Below, in pieces: positions 12,215-25,054 of a stretch of DNA of 64,000 nt (positions are counted from its first letter, which is position 1; every line of letters begins with the position of its first letter). The stretch lies in contig CM059432.1 of assembly GCA_030390025.1 (NCBI GenBank), positions 43,278,001-43,342,000 on the forward strand, given 5' to 3'. The translations under genes and the position numbers were made by a program. This stretch comes from Squalus acanthias. Taxonomy: Eukaryota. The notes beneath the pieces are model-generated. The model did no database searches, had not been told where the DNA came from, and saw only the letters and a program-made list of their open reading frames with translations.

Positions 12215-13960
12215 GGCCTAGAAATTCGTGGCCACCACAAAAGCTGCCGGTGCCACCGCGGCCGGGGGTTAACGGTCGCCGAAAATGGTGGTGCTGGCAG
12301 GACCGAAAAATTGGCACTGAGGACTAATTATCATTAGCCCAGCACTTAACTCACTGTGGAACGCTGTCCTGGTGGCATTGGTCCCGGCAGGAGGCTCCGA
12401 TGTGGCGTGGCCCAAGCATCAGTCTCTCAGAAAGCGAGGCTACGATTTCACAAAGCATTGTCGGATTCTTAAAAGGGCAATGCCTTGTGAAATGATAAAA
12501 AATAAAAATGATGTAAAAATATGCAGTTTTTGGCCCTTATAGCTCAACTGTCTTCTGAAAAAAAATTCAAAAGAATTCCCAAATGGGAGTCTTCAGCTCT
12601 TAAAGCTGAGTTGCCTTCCGCACCTAAAAAAATGGGAAAAGTGCTTCAGCACTAACACAAATGGCCAGGGAAGGGCCACCTAGGGTCTCGCACGCAGCAC
12701 TCCAGCTTTGTGCAGGGGGTCAACACTGCAAGAAAGGCCCTCTACCCACAGGGGTCAGGAGACCCTCCAGAAAGAACGATGTGGGACCAGATCACTGAGG
12801 CCGTCACTGCTAGCAGTGTCATCCCTAGCTCCAGTGCCCAAAGAAGCTTCATGACCTCAGACCAGTGGTCAAGGTCAGTGAATGCATCTTCAAAAGCCGT
12901 CTCCTACCAACCGCACCACTAGCCTCACACACTGCTCAATGCACGACTCCCCCCCGCAATCACTCACCTACCAACAATCTACCAAACACGAGGCACATCT
13001 TTGGAGGAGACGGTGCAGGCCATTCTTGGCAGGGGCATGGCTGAGCCCTTGGCCAGCAGCAGGGTAGAAAGGATACAAGATCCTGGTATTCTCATACGTT
13101 ATCCTCCTTCTTGCATGCACTTCTTGCTTTCCCGCCCTCCCCTCATCACAACTGCACCTTTGTGCCTTCCTTATTTCACACACCCAAGAAATGCAGCCTT
13201 CCCAGCCAATGGTTGATCAAGAAGAGGGAGAGGAGAGTGATGAAGAAGATGATGAAGAAGCAGAAACACCGTCACTCAGTAGGATAGGAAAGGCACACAC
13301 TGGACAGTCACTAAGGGAATGCATAAGGGTGATTAGTTGATTTCTTGATGTCATATTGAATGGGTAGATGTATAAAGATGGATTGGAAATTTTGCTTTGT
13401 GGTGGCTTTTATTTCAGCATTGTGGCCAAGATGACGCTGTGATGGTCAGTAACAGAGGGAAGGTAAGGTGTAGGACAAATGTTGAAAGGAGAATTGGGGT
13501 TGTGGTCACTGGGACTGCAGGCGGATGATTCCATCCCGGATATCCCGGCAAGAAAGGGGCTGTCTGTGTCGCATCCTTCCTTCTGCTTCCTCCTCTTCTT
13601 CTTCTTCTGCGTTTTCCTCTTCTGCGTTTTCCTCTTCCCTCAGCGAGCGGATGCTGTAAATCTGAAATAAAAGCATAAAATGACGCCCACATCCTCGGAA
13701 TAACTGAAAACAAGTAATTTCATGGGCATTATAAATTAAGCTGTAGCTACTTCCAACGTCCTTCAGATTTGTATTAGAGACAAAAAAAAACATGGTTATG
13801 AACGTAACTACTGCAGTAAACTTTCATGCCTCTGGATCCTTCCGATGGCATATGCCAAACCAACACATCGGCCAAGTGACAAAGGCCTTGCTTACAAGAA
13901 GCAACACATTTATCACTTTTCCTGTGGAAAGGAGGCACAGAACCTTTTCCAAGTGACATG
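12215..13960. mobile_element. Decayed PIF/Harbinger element: Myb/SANT relic (+, ~12660-12880), HARBI1-like C-terminus (-, ~13500-13660) and HARBI1-like N-terminal relic (+, ~13790-13940)
   Basis: TIR-like ggcctagaaattcg at 12215; MWDQITEAVTASS; acidic tail ending RDIRDGIIRLQSQ*; VTTAVNFHASGSF...IGQVTKALL resembles 49359-50126. Confidence 0.65.
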
Positions 13961-14559
13961 AGTACAGAGAACTAACAACTAGACATTCCTAGTTCCTAGT
14001 AATTTGCCAAAATTTGCCAAGATTCCATAATCAGCCCTCATCTGTGTTTTGTGTTTGTGCAGCATCATATGTTGTTGCTTCAATGATGTCATCATTTTGT
14101 ATGAATATGTTATGGAGGAGGCGAAAGAATGAGCATATCAGGGTAACTTGTAGAAGTTTATTTCAAATTATCAGGTAAATTTAAAGAAAAACTCCCTGAT
14201 GTTATAATTAGGTTTTACATGTCATTAATTAAGCATGGATCTCAACCACACAATCAAATTCCTTCACGATGGCTGAAGGAAGAAGATAGAGCTAACGTTT
14301 TTGCTGTGGGCTTTTAGCCTCATTCTATCTATGTGTCCTTGAGACACAAAATTCTGTCATAGATGTAGATTAGAGATTTGACAATGTGGCTCAGGTGCAG
14401 TGATACCAGGATAACTAATCTTTGGACTAGATGTACGCCTCCCTTGCACTGATCTAACCACATGTCATAATGTCAGCTCATTAACATAATCTTACAGCAT
14501 TATTGGGCCAAAGCACTTGGTAGATCACTTAGATTAGATGGTGAAGTCGTTTCTAAAGG

Positions 14560-15200
14560 CCTCCTAGGGGGGAAATGGATGGAGCAAGCCACCAAAGTGA
14601 ACCAGCTCCTTTTATTAATATAAAGGTTCTGGAAAGACATGTATTCCTTTCTTGGATATGAGTACCAGAGCAGCTTGGATGAAGATGGCAGGAAGATTAA
14701 ATGTTCTTTCACCTTTGCACTGAACCTGGGAACAGGTGAGAAAGAAAGTAAGCCCAATGTCTGGTCTCAAACAAAGACTTCACAATGCCTTGCTTCATCC
14801 ATTCTTAAAGTGACGAGCACCAGCACAGATATATCCACTCTGGGCAGCCAGTTAGTGAGTTACGGGAGGATGCACTTGGTGAAGTACGCAGTATAACTGA
14901 GGACAAACAAATGCAGGTGGATTTGGAGATGCCATAATCTCTTTCGGAGAGGCATAGCTCACATTCTCCTTCAGCTGCTGTGCCCAAGAATTAGGACTTC
15001 ACAGGACCTGCAGTTTGGTAGACAACATCAGCACTTCATGCAGTCATTTGAGATTGTGTGAAGCAGTCTGTAAGCTTTGGGGGCTTTGCTGAAGGAGTCT
15101 GCAAACTGCATAAATAATTAGCAGCCACTAACATAACCCAGATGCAGGCTGATCCCTACACTGCCTGATAATACCCTGTGCTGTTCAGGTAAGTGATCAA
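14560..15200 (+). mobile_element. Highly degenerate Harbinger Myb/SANT-like relic
   Basis: Frameshifted RAAWMKMAGRLN...TWEQVRKK-like motif. Confidence 0.3.
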
Positions 15201-15444
15201 AAGGTGGACCAGTCAACATGGTCATGCATCGTTAGGCACCTTTGAAGTACCTTATTAGCTCCATTAATTGTGATAAAAGTAGCTGTGAAAAATAGATTTA
15301 ATGACAGTTACAACACAAGAAAAGTATGCTTCACTCATCATGTTGTTTCTGTAATTGTGTATGAAGTGTAGGCTCATCAGTAACAATTTTTCTTTATTTA
15401 TACTTACAATGTGTGTGATGCTGGCAAAGCCATATTTACTGTTT

Positions 15445-15570
15445 GAAATAGAGACCATGTCAACCTTTAAGAATAGGTTGCATGGATGGTTAAAGGGAAT
15501 AAAGGGATATGGGAACAGGGTGGGCACATGGGAATAGGACTACGGCTCATGTGGAGGATGAACACAGGCA
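15445..15570 (+). mobile_element. Old CR1 3' fragment
   Basis: ETMSTFKNRLHGWLKGIKGYG followed by a CR1-like 3' UTR. Confidence 0.6.
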
Positions 15571-16299
15571 CATTGAAGACCAGGTGTATGATGAAATTCA
15601 ACTGACGAAACTACAGAATACCATGTATTACCCATCAATTGAGCCCTAGTAACAATGGGCACCTGGATGTCCCTGGTGTCCAGCATGTTAAGAACCTTGG
15701 GTAGATTTAAATGTTAAAATGCTAGTTTCTCTACAATAATCAATTTGCCAGGATTGTAGGCCCACTTGCACTGCGGTAAGGTACTGTAGCTATTTCCTTC
15801 CTCCCCCACATGAGGTGGGTATCCCAGTGACACCTTAGGTGGCCCTGACACCTGCCGAAATACTCATATACACCTGGTCTGGAAAATGGGCTAGAACCAG
15901 TGGCACAAGTTGTGAGTCCTGTCCTGGCATACTTACTGTGGCAGAGGGATACCACGGGAAATTTGGGGTCATGTTTCGATGCCATTTATGGCCAATTTAA
16001 TTATTCTTTTCTTGGCACTTAGGTTATCATGAGCATTCGGGTCAATTGATTTTTTTTTTGTTCGCGTAACCATTACTAGCATCAATGAATTCCCTATCTG
16101 AAATGCAGTGAACAAGAAGAGAAGAGCCACTAAAGGGATGCAAGGCAGGTCCGGCTACACAAGAGGTGCTCTATGCTTACCAACCAGTAACCACACACCC
16201 ACATCTGCACAGAAAGGCAACCAGCCCTTGATGCGGCAGATCATTCATGCGTGCAGAGGCTACAACTCTGCAGGCAGCCTGACTAAATATTATGTCAAG

Positions 16300-16531
16300 T
16301 GTCAGTTTGAGCTCTGTTGGTAGCTCCCTTACCTCTGAGTCAGAAAGTCTTGGGCTCAAGCCCCACTCCAAGTTTCAATCATGCAATCTAGCTTAACATG
16401 TCAGTGCAATACTGAGGTAGAGCTGCAGTGTCAGAGGTGCTGTCTTTCAGATGAGGCCCTGTCTATCAGTTTAGTTAGATGTAAAAGATCCCATGGTAGT
16501 ATTTGATGACGAGCAGGGAAGTTCTCCTAGT
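16300..16531 (+). mobile_element. SacSINE1-like DeuSINE, 5' half (split by a Penelope-like insertion; 3' half at 19307-19520)
   Basis: cctctgagtcagaaag...ccccactcc head and gtaaaagatcccatgg body, as in the intact copy at 40690-41150. Confidence 0.85.
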
Positions 16532-19306
16532 TCCTCGAACTACTGCTCTCGCCGCATCCTGAGATCCACGCTCAACGCCATGCGTCGCCACATGAACACT
16601 CTCGACCTCTCTCTTCAGCAGCACCGACTCGCTCTATCTCTAAGCTGTCCTGGGCCGCAGTTCCATTTCATCCTTCACCTTATCCGGCGCTTCAACAAAA
16701 AACCTTTTTTCTTCCTTTCAGATGTCAAGGATCGCAAGCTTCAGCAACTGTTGGACACCAACGCCCCTCCGGAACCTTCTTCCCCTTCACTTCCTTCTGA
16801 CCCCATCCTTTCTTCCAATCTCACCCCCTGCCGTGTTTTCACTATCCCCTCTGACCTTCCCCTCTCTGACCCCAAACAATCAGTCCTCAGCAAAGGCCTG
16901 AGCTTCATCTCCTTACGCCCCCACCTCAATGAATTTCGAGCTCGGCACGACACCGAGCTCTTTTCCCATCGCCTTCATCTCCGTGCCCACTTCTTTGGCC
17001 AGGAGTCTTCCCCCCGCACAGCTGACCCTTTCTCCCGCTTTCAGAATTCTCGTTCTACCTGGACCCCCTTCCTCTGGCCTCTTACCCTCTCTAGATCTTT
17101 TCATTGCTAACTGCCGGCGTGACATCGGCCGTCTCAATTTCTCTGCTCCCCTCACTCACTCCAACCTACCTCCCTCTGAACTTGCAGCACTCCGTTCTCT
17201 CCGATCCAACCCTAACATTGTCATTATACCTGCTGACAAGGGTGGTGCTGTTGTTGTTTGGCGAACCGACCTCTACCGTGCGGAGGCTGAAAGCCAACTC
17301 TCTGACATCTCCTCCTATCTCCCCCTGGACCATGACCCCACTACCAAACATCAAGCCATTGTTTCCAAGACTGTCACTGACCTCATCTCCTCTGGAGATC
17401 TTCCCTCCATAACTGTCAACCTCATAGTCCCCCAACCCTGCACAGCCTGCTTCTACCTCCTTCCCAAGATCCACAAACAGGGCTGCCCTGGTAGACCCAT
17501 CGTTTCAGCCTGTTCTTGCCCCACGGAACTGATTTCTTCCTATCTCAACTATTTTTTCTCCTCTTGTCCAGTCTCTTCCCACCTACATTCGCGACTCTTC
17601 CGATGCCCTCCGTCACTTTAACAGTTTCCAGTTTCCTGGACCCAACCGTCTCCTTTTCACTATGGATGTCCATTCCCTCTACACCTCCATCCACCACCAG
17701 GACAGCCTGAGGGCGCTCCGCTTCTTCCTTGAACAGAGGCCCAACCAGTCCCTATCCACCACCACCCTCCTCCGCCTGGCTGAACTTGTTCTCACATTGA
17801 ACAACTTCTCCTTTGACTCCACTCACTTCCTCCAAATTAAAGGTGTTGCTATGGGAGCCCGCATGGGCCCTAGCTATGCCTGCCTTTTCGTGGGATATGT
17901 GGAACATTTTTTGTTCCAGTCCTACTCAGGTTCCCTCCCTCACCTCTTTTTCCGGTACATTGATGACTGTATCGGTGCCGTCTCCTGCTCTCGCCCTGAA
18001 CTAGAAAATTTCATTCACTTTGCTTCCAATTTCCACCCTTCCCTCACCTTCACATGGTCCATCTCTGACTCTTCCCTTCCTTTCATTGACTTCTCTGTCT
18101 CCATTTCTGGCGATAGGCTATCGACAAATCCACTATAAGTCCAGTGACTCTCACAGCTACCTGGACTACACTTCCTCCCAACCCGCTTCCTCTAAGGACT
18201 CTATTCCATTCTCCCAGTTTCTCCGTCTCTGCTGCATCTGTTCTGACAATGGCGCCTTTCATACTAATGCTTCCAATATGTCTTCCTTTTTCCTCAACCG
18301 AGGATTCCCCTCTACCATAGTTGGCATGGCCCTCGACCGTGTCCGTTCCATTTCCCGCACTTCTACTCTCACCCCTTCTCCCTCCCAGAACCACGATAGG
18401 GTTCCCCTTGTCCTCACCTTTCACCCCACCAGCCTCCACATTCAACGGATCATCCTCCGCCATTTCCGCCACCTCCAGCGTGATCCCACCACCAAATGCA
18501 TCTTCTCCTCCCCTCCCCTTTCAGCATTCCAAAGGGACCGCTCCCTCCGCGACACCCTGGTCCACTTCTCAATCACCCCCAACAGCCCCTCCCCTTCCCA
18601 TGGCACCTTCCTGTGCAAGCACTGGAGATGTAACACCTGCCCTTATACCTCCTCCCTTCCCACTGTCCAGGACCCCAAACACCTCTTCCAGGTGAAACAG
18701 CGATTTACTTGGGGTACTTCTTGCAATTTAGTATACTGTATTCGCTGCTCACGATGCGGTCTCCTCTACATTGGGGAGACCAAATGCAGATTGGGTGACC
18801 GCTTTGCAGAACACCTCCGTTCAGTCCGTAAGCGTGACCCCGAGCTTCCGGTCATTTGTCATTTTAATTCTCCGCTCCACTCCCACTCTGACCTCTCTGT
18901 CCTCGGCCTCTTACACTGTTCCAATGAAGCTCAACGTAAGCTCGAGGAACAGCACCTCATCTTTTGATTAGGCACTTTACAGCCTTCTGGACTCAACATT
19001 GAGTTCAACAATTTCAGACTATAACCTCTGCCCCTATTTTTTCAGGTGGCAGCTGTTGATTATTCTGCCATCCCCATTTGCAACATTTAATCTCTCCTGC
19101 CTTCCACCCTATCACAGACCATCCCTTTTGTTCTTTCCTCCCCTCCCCTCCCTTTCCCTGCCTCTGCACCTGCTTAAAACCTGTTACTTCTCTAACTTTT
19201 TCCAGTTCCGACGAAGGGTCACAGACCTGAAATGTTAACTCTGTTTCTCTCTCCACGGATGCTGCCTGACCTGCTGAGTGTTTCCAGCATTCTCTGTTGT
19301 TATTTG
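16532..19306 (+). mobile_element. Penelope-like retroelement (RT + GIY-YIG endonuclease), frameshifted
   Basis: IIPADKGG, YLLPKIHK..PGRPIVS, DVHSLYTSI, GVAMGARMGP, FFRYIDD; Cys linker CKHWRCNTC; NLVYCIRCSRCGLLYIGETK; 12-bp TSD agttctcctagt at 16520-16531 and 19307-19318. Confidence 0.95.
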
Positions 19307-19461
19307 AGTTCTCCTAGTGTCCTGACTAACATTCATTTTTCATTTGATGTTTGTATGAACCTTATTGAGCATAAATTTGCTGCTGCCTTTAAAGCAGTTT
19401 ATTGGCTGTGAAGCACTCTGGAATGTCCTGAGGCTGTGAAGAGCACTTTGTAATTGCATGT

Positions 19462-19520
<59 letters not shown>
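19307..19520 (+). mobile_element. SacSINE1-like DeuSINE 3' half with (TTTC)n tail
   Basis: Continues the SINE after the TSD: ttggctgtgaagcactctgg... then TTTC repeats. Confidence 0.8.
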
Positions 19521-19945
19521 ATCATAGAATCATGGACTCATGGAATCATAGAATAGTACAGCACAGGAGGAGGCCATTTGGCCCATCGAGTCTGCGCCGG
19601 CTCTTTCGAAGATCAATCCAGTTAGTCCCACTCCCCCGATCTTTCCCCATATCCCGGCAATTTTTTCTCCTTCAAGTATTTATCCAATTCCCTTTTGAAG
19701 GCTACTACTGAATCTGTATCCACCACCCTATCAGGCAGTGTATTCTAAATCCTAACCTTTCATTGTGTAAAAAAGTTTTTGCTCATGTCGCTTCTGGTTC
19801 TTTTGCCAATCAACTTAAATCTGTGCCCTCTGGTATCGACCCTTCAGTCACTGGAAACAGTTTCTCTTTATTTACTCTATCTAAACCCTTTCTCTCTTTC
19901 TTTCTTTCTTTTTGTCTTTCATTCTTTTCTTCTTTCCTTCTATCT
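19460..19945 (+). repeat. (TTTC)n microsatellite interrupted by a CR1 fragment
   Basis: TTTC array at 19460-19520, resuming at ~19888-19945. Confidence 0.85.
19522..19888 (-). mobile_element. CR1 LINE 3' fragment
   Basis: catagaat tail repeats and 3' UTR similar to 6964-7290. Confidence 0.88.
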
Positions 19946-21864
19946 ATCGACACTGGATTGTTCTTTCGAAACATCACAATCACATCATGGTACTGCTTAA
20001 AAAAATAAACATGTCAGGCTGACCATCAGTCAGCAAAGCTTGATGGATGCACCCCTAGATGCTACTGACCATATTTGCAGGCATTGTCACACTTAATTGG
20101 CAGCGACTGTGGGGAAGTATCTATGTAGGGTTTGGGTCAGCAGAGAGACAGATTTTTTATTTAATTTGTTCTTCGGATGTGGTTGACACTGACAAGGCAG
20201 ATGGAAGAGCTATGCTATCTGCTGTAAGGACACCTACTGCTAACATGCAGCACAGAGCTGGCACAGCCTGTGACACAACCAGCCAGCTGTGGCCTCAAGC
20301 CTGCACATGGGATGTTCTTTTCTTTCATTCTTGCCTGTAATTTCTTAATGCCCCGCCCTTTCTTCTTTGGCAAAGACTGCATGAAGGGCTAAGATAACTT
20401 TTCAGCTTATCTACAGGTTTTTTCCTTCATTGTGACACTCTTTAATTGTCCTCATCCCTTTAAATTCCACTTACATACAATGTTCAGCTCCCACCACCAG
20501 TAGCACACTCAGCCCTTATAAAATCCCAATCTGCACTTGGAAGTGTTTTTTGTACATCACCATTCAAGCAGGACCAGCATCAGTTCTTAATCTTTTAGAC
20601 ACAACTTACACCAGTCGAAGAAAATTGGCTACGGTTTATTGAAGGAAAAAGAATGAGTGAAGGTGTTATTTCAAAGGCATACCATATAAGGAGATAGGTA
20701 CAGCATTTATGAATGAATGACCCAATAGCCTATAAAACCCTAAAGCATTAAACTGCTGAGCAAGCATTCCATACATCTATATCAGATTTGGAAAACCAGC
20801 TACTCTTTTCATTCCTTGTGGACTTGTACAGAAGTGCAAGTGGCAAAATAGAGCCATGTGAGCAGTTGTAGGATAGTCAGGAAAAGCAGCAGAAATGTCA
20901 CTAGGTTTATGCAAAATGTGGTCTGCATGCCTTAACATGCATTAAAGTGATTTTGCCATTATTTTGTTTGTTGCGGCCAAGGTCTCAACCAATGGTACAG
21001 CGGAGGCAGGAGCTGGTGATGGCCATGTCATTTACTGAACCCCAGGGAAAACTGCATGCTTGATTTTACTGGGCTTGGAGTTGGGCACCTCACAGGTTAG
21101 AGGAGAGGTCTTCAAACATAAAGTGATATGTGATTGTGTGGCAATGATATCAGGTAAAAGCAAGGTAGGTCTAGTCATATCTCCAGGTGTGCAAGCCTCC
21201 TCCTGTCCCTTTAAAGTTTAGTTGCAGCTCTCTAAGGACTGCTCATAGGCAATTTCCCGCTCTCCCTCCTTTGGTGACCTCCCAGCTCCGCTTCCAGTAT
21301 GGGGTGGGAGGTCACCATGAATAATCCATTAGGGATGATCCTGAAAAATCTGCAGGAACTTAATGAACATTGCACTTGCTTTGCTCTACTAGCACTAGTT
21401 TAGCACAACAGATATGCACTTCCATTCACGACTAAATCCAAATATTCCTGTCAAATCAAAACATAACAAAGTGGGGTCAAATTTAATTACCTCTGCCCAT
21501 CTTGCAGCCTCCCACGATTTCAAGTTAAAATGGGGATGTGGCTCCGATTATGTCATTGGGTGGTATCAATAATTTACAACTAAAACCTTCAAATCACAAA
21601 AAGTCTACCTCTGAGCTTGAGAAAATGATAAAAAATGTTCGAGTGGATATCTGCTGTTGCACAGCCCATTCCAAGTATGCTATCACTGAATGTTAGAGGC
21701 ATTTACTGGTAGAAATCCATGTAGATCGTTGTAGACTGACATCGCCAACAGAAAATCACTGAAGGAAATACTTCTTGGCCTCCTTCTTCATATTAATCCT
21801 TCTGTGGAAATAGTGTCAAATATTTAAGAACCATTAAATAGAAATGAAGAATGATCAAAAAATG

Positions 21865-24800
21865 TTTTTTTATTCGTTCATAGGATGTGGGCGTCGCTGT
21901 CAAGGCCAGCATTTATTGCCCGTCCCTAATTGCCCTTGAGAAGGTGGTGGTGAGCCGCCTTCTTGAACCGCTGCAGTCTGTGTGGTGAAGGTACTCCCAC
22001 AGTGCTGTTAGGGAGGGAGTTCCAGGATTTTGACACAGCGATGATGAAGGAACGGCGATATACTTCCAAGTCAGGATGGTGTGTGACTTGGAGGGGAACT
22101 TGGAGGTGGTGGTGTTCCCATGCGCCTGCTGCCGTTGCCCTTCTAGGTGGAAGAGGTCGCGGGTTTAGGAGGTGCTGTCGAAGAAGCCTTGGTAAGTTGC
22201 TGCAGTACATCTTGTAGATGGTACACACTGCAGCCACAGTACGCCAGTGGTGGAGGGAGTGAATGTTTAAGGTGATGGATGGGGTGCCAATCAAGCGAGT
22301 GTTGTTGGAGCTGCACTCATCCAGGCAAGTGGTGAGTATTCCATCACACTCCTGACTTGTGCCTTGTAGATGGTGGAAAGACTTTGGGGAGTCAGGAGGT
22401 GAGAAACTCACAGCAGAATACCCAGCCTCTGACCTGCTCTTATTGCCACAGTATTTATGTGGCTGGTCCATTTAAGTTTCTGGTCAATGGTGACCCCCAG
22501 GATATCGATGGTGGGAGATTCGGCGATGGTAATGCCATTGAATGTCAAGGGGCGGTGGTTCGACTCTCGCTTGTTGGAGATAGTCATTGCCTGGCACTTG
22601 TGTGGCGCGAATGTTACCTGCCACTTATCAGCCTAAGCCTGAATGTCATCCAGGTCTTGCTGCATGTGGGCATGAACTGCTTCATTATCTGAGGAGTTGC
22701 GAATGGCACTTAACACTGTGCAGTCATCAGCGAACATCCCCATTTCTGACCTTATTTTGGAGGGAAGGTCATTGATGAAGCAGCTGAAGATGACTGGGAC
22801 TAGGACGCTACCCTGAGGAACTCTTGCAGCGATGTCCTGGGGCTGTGATGATTGACCTCCAACCAGCACCACCATCTTCCTTTGTGCTAGGTATGACTGC
22901 AGCCAGTGGAGAGTTTTCCCTCCAATTCCCATTGACTTCAGATTTACTAGGGCTCCTTGATCCCACACTCGGTCAAATGCTGCATGATGTCAAGAGCAGT
23001 CATTCTCACCTCATCTCTGGCATTCAGCTCTTTTGTCCATGTTTGGACCAAGTCTTTAATGAGGTCGGGAGCTGAGTGGTCTAGGCGGAACCCAAACTGG
23101 GCATCAGTGAGCAGGTTATTGGTGAGTAAGTGCCGCTTGATAGCACTGTCGACGACACCTTCCATCACTTTGCTGATGATTGAGAGTAGACTGATGGGGC
23201 GTTAATTGGCCGGATTGGATTTGTCCTGCTTTTTGTGGACAGGACATACCTGGGCAGTTTTCCACATTGTCGGATAGATGCCAGAGTTATAGCTGTACTG
23301 GAACAGCTTGGCTAGAGGCGCAGCTAGTTCTGGATAGCCGGGATGTTGTCGGGGCCCACAGTCTTTGCTGTATCCAGTGTGCTCAGCCGTTTCTTGATAT
23401 CACATGGAGTGAATCGAATTGGCTGAAGACTGGCTTCTGTGATGGTAGGGACCTCAGGAGGAGGCCGATATGGATCATCCACTCGGCACTTCTGGCTGAA
23501 GATGGTTGCAAACGCTTCAGCCTTGTCTTTTGCACTCGCGTGCTGGGCTCCACCATCATTGAGGATGGGGATATTCATGAAGCCTCCTCCTCCCATTAGT
23601 TGTTTAATGGTCCACCACCATTCACAGCTGGATGTAGCAGGACTGCAGAGATTTGATCTGATTCGTTGATTGTGGGATCGCTTAGCTTTGTCTATAGCAT
23701 GCTACTTCTGCTTTTTAGCATGCATGTAGTCCTGTGTTGCAGCTTCCCCAGGTTGGCACCTCACTTTTAGGTATGCCTGGTGCTGCTCCTGGCATGCTCT
23801 TCTACACTCCTTATTGAACCAGGGTTGGTCCCCTGGCTTGATGGTAATGGTAGAGTGAGGGATATGCCGGGCTATGAGGTTACAGATTGTGGTGGAATAC
23901 AATTCTGCTGCTGCTGATGGCCCACAGCGCCTCATGGATACCCAATTTTGAGCTGCTAGATCTGTTCTGAATCTATGCCATTTAGCATGGTGGTAGTGCC
24001 ACAATGAACGGTATCCTCAGTATGAAGACGGGTCTTCGTCTCCACAAAGACTGTGCGGTGGTCAGTGCTGTCATGGACAGATGCATCTGCGATAGGTAGA
24101 TTGGTGAGGACGAGGTCAAGTAGGTTTTTCTCTCGTGTTGGTTTTGACACCACCTGCTGCAGGCCCAATCTTGCAGCTATATCCTTCAGGACTCGGCCAG
24201 CTCGGTCAGTAATGGTGCTACCGAGCCACTCTTGGTGATGGACATTGAAATCCCTCACCCAGAGTACATTCTGTGCCCTTGCTACCCTCAGTGCTTCTTC
24301 CAAGTGGTGTTCAAAATGGAGGAGTACTGATTCATCAGCTGAGGGAGGGCAGTAGGTGGTAATCAGCAGGAGGTTTCCTTGCCCATGCTTGATTGGAAGC
24401 CATAAAACTTCCTGGGGTCCAGAGTCAATGTTGAGGACTCCCAGGGCCACTCCCTCCCGACTGTGTACCACTGTACCGCCACCTGTATCCACCAGGGATG
24501 GTGATGGAGGAATCTGGGACATTGGCTGAAAGGTATGATTCTGTGAGTATATCTATGGAAGGCTGTTGCTTGACTAGTCTGTGGGACAGCTCTCCCAATT
24601 TTGACACAAGTCCACAGATGTTAGTGAGGAGAACTTTGCAGGGTCAACTGGGCTGGGTGTGCCATTGTTGTGTCCGAAGTCAATGCCGGGTGGTCCATCC
24701 AGTTTCATTCTTATTATTGTTGTTTTCTGTAGCGGTTTGTTCCAACTGAGTGACTTGCTAGGCCATTTCAGAGGGCAGTTAAAAGTCAACCACATTGCTG

Positions 24801-25054
24801 TGGGTCTGGAGTCACATATATGCCAGACCAGGTAAGGACGGCAGATTTCCTTAGTGAACCAGATGGGTTTTTACAACAATCCAATAGTTTCATGGTCACC
24901 ATTACTGATACTAGCTTTTTATTCCAGATTTATTTAATTAACTGAATTTAAATTGCCCAGCTGCCGTGGTGGGATTTAAACTCAGGTCCCTGGATCATTA
25001 GACCAGGCCTCTGGATTACTTGTCCAGTAACATAACCACTATGCTACTGTTCCC
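21865..25054 (-). mobile_element. Near full-length CR1/L2-group (APE+RT) non-LTR retrotransposon with a tRNA-like 5' head; multiply frameshifted
   Basis: APE motifs (ILTESYL, DFNVHH, LLDLVLTN, TDH), QPWFN, PQGSVL..FSCFINDL, MFADD; stop at 21926; tail gacgcccacatcctatgaacgaataaaaaaa; A-box-like at 25036-25046 and B-box-like at 24971-24983. Confidence 0.9.

Noticed and set aside
16493..18967. Telomerase or a retron/defence-type reverse transcriptase system
   Set aside because: RT followed by GIY-YIG, flanked by a TSD and with a second truncated copy, is a Penelope-like element
19460..19945. CRISPR-like repeat array
   Set aside because: Simple TTTC microsatellite from a SINE tail; no repeat-spacer structure anywhere in the window
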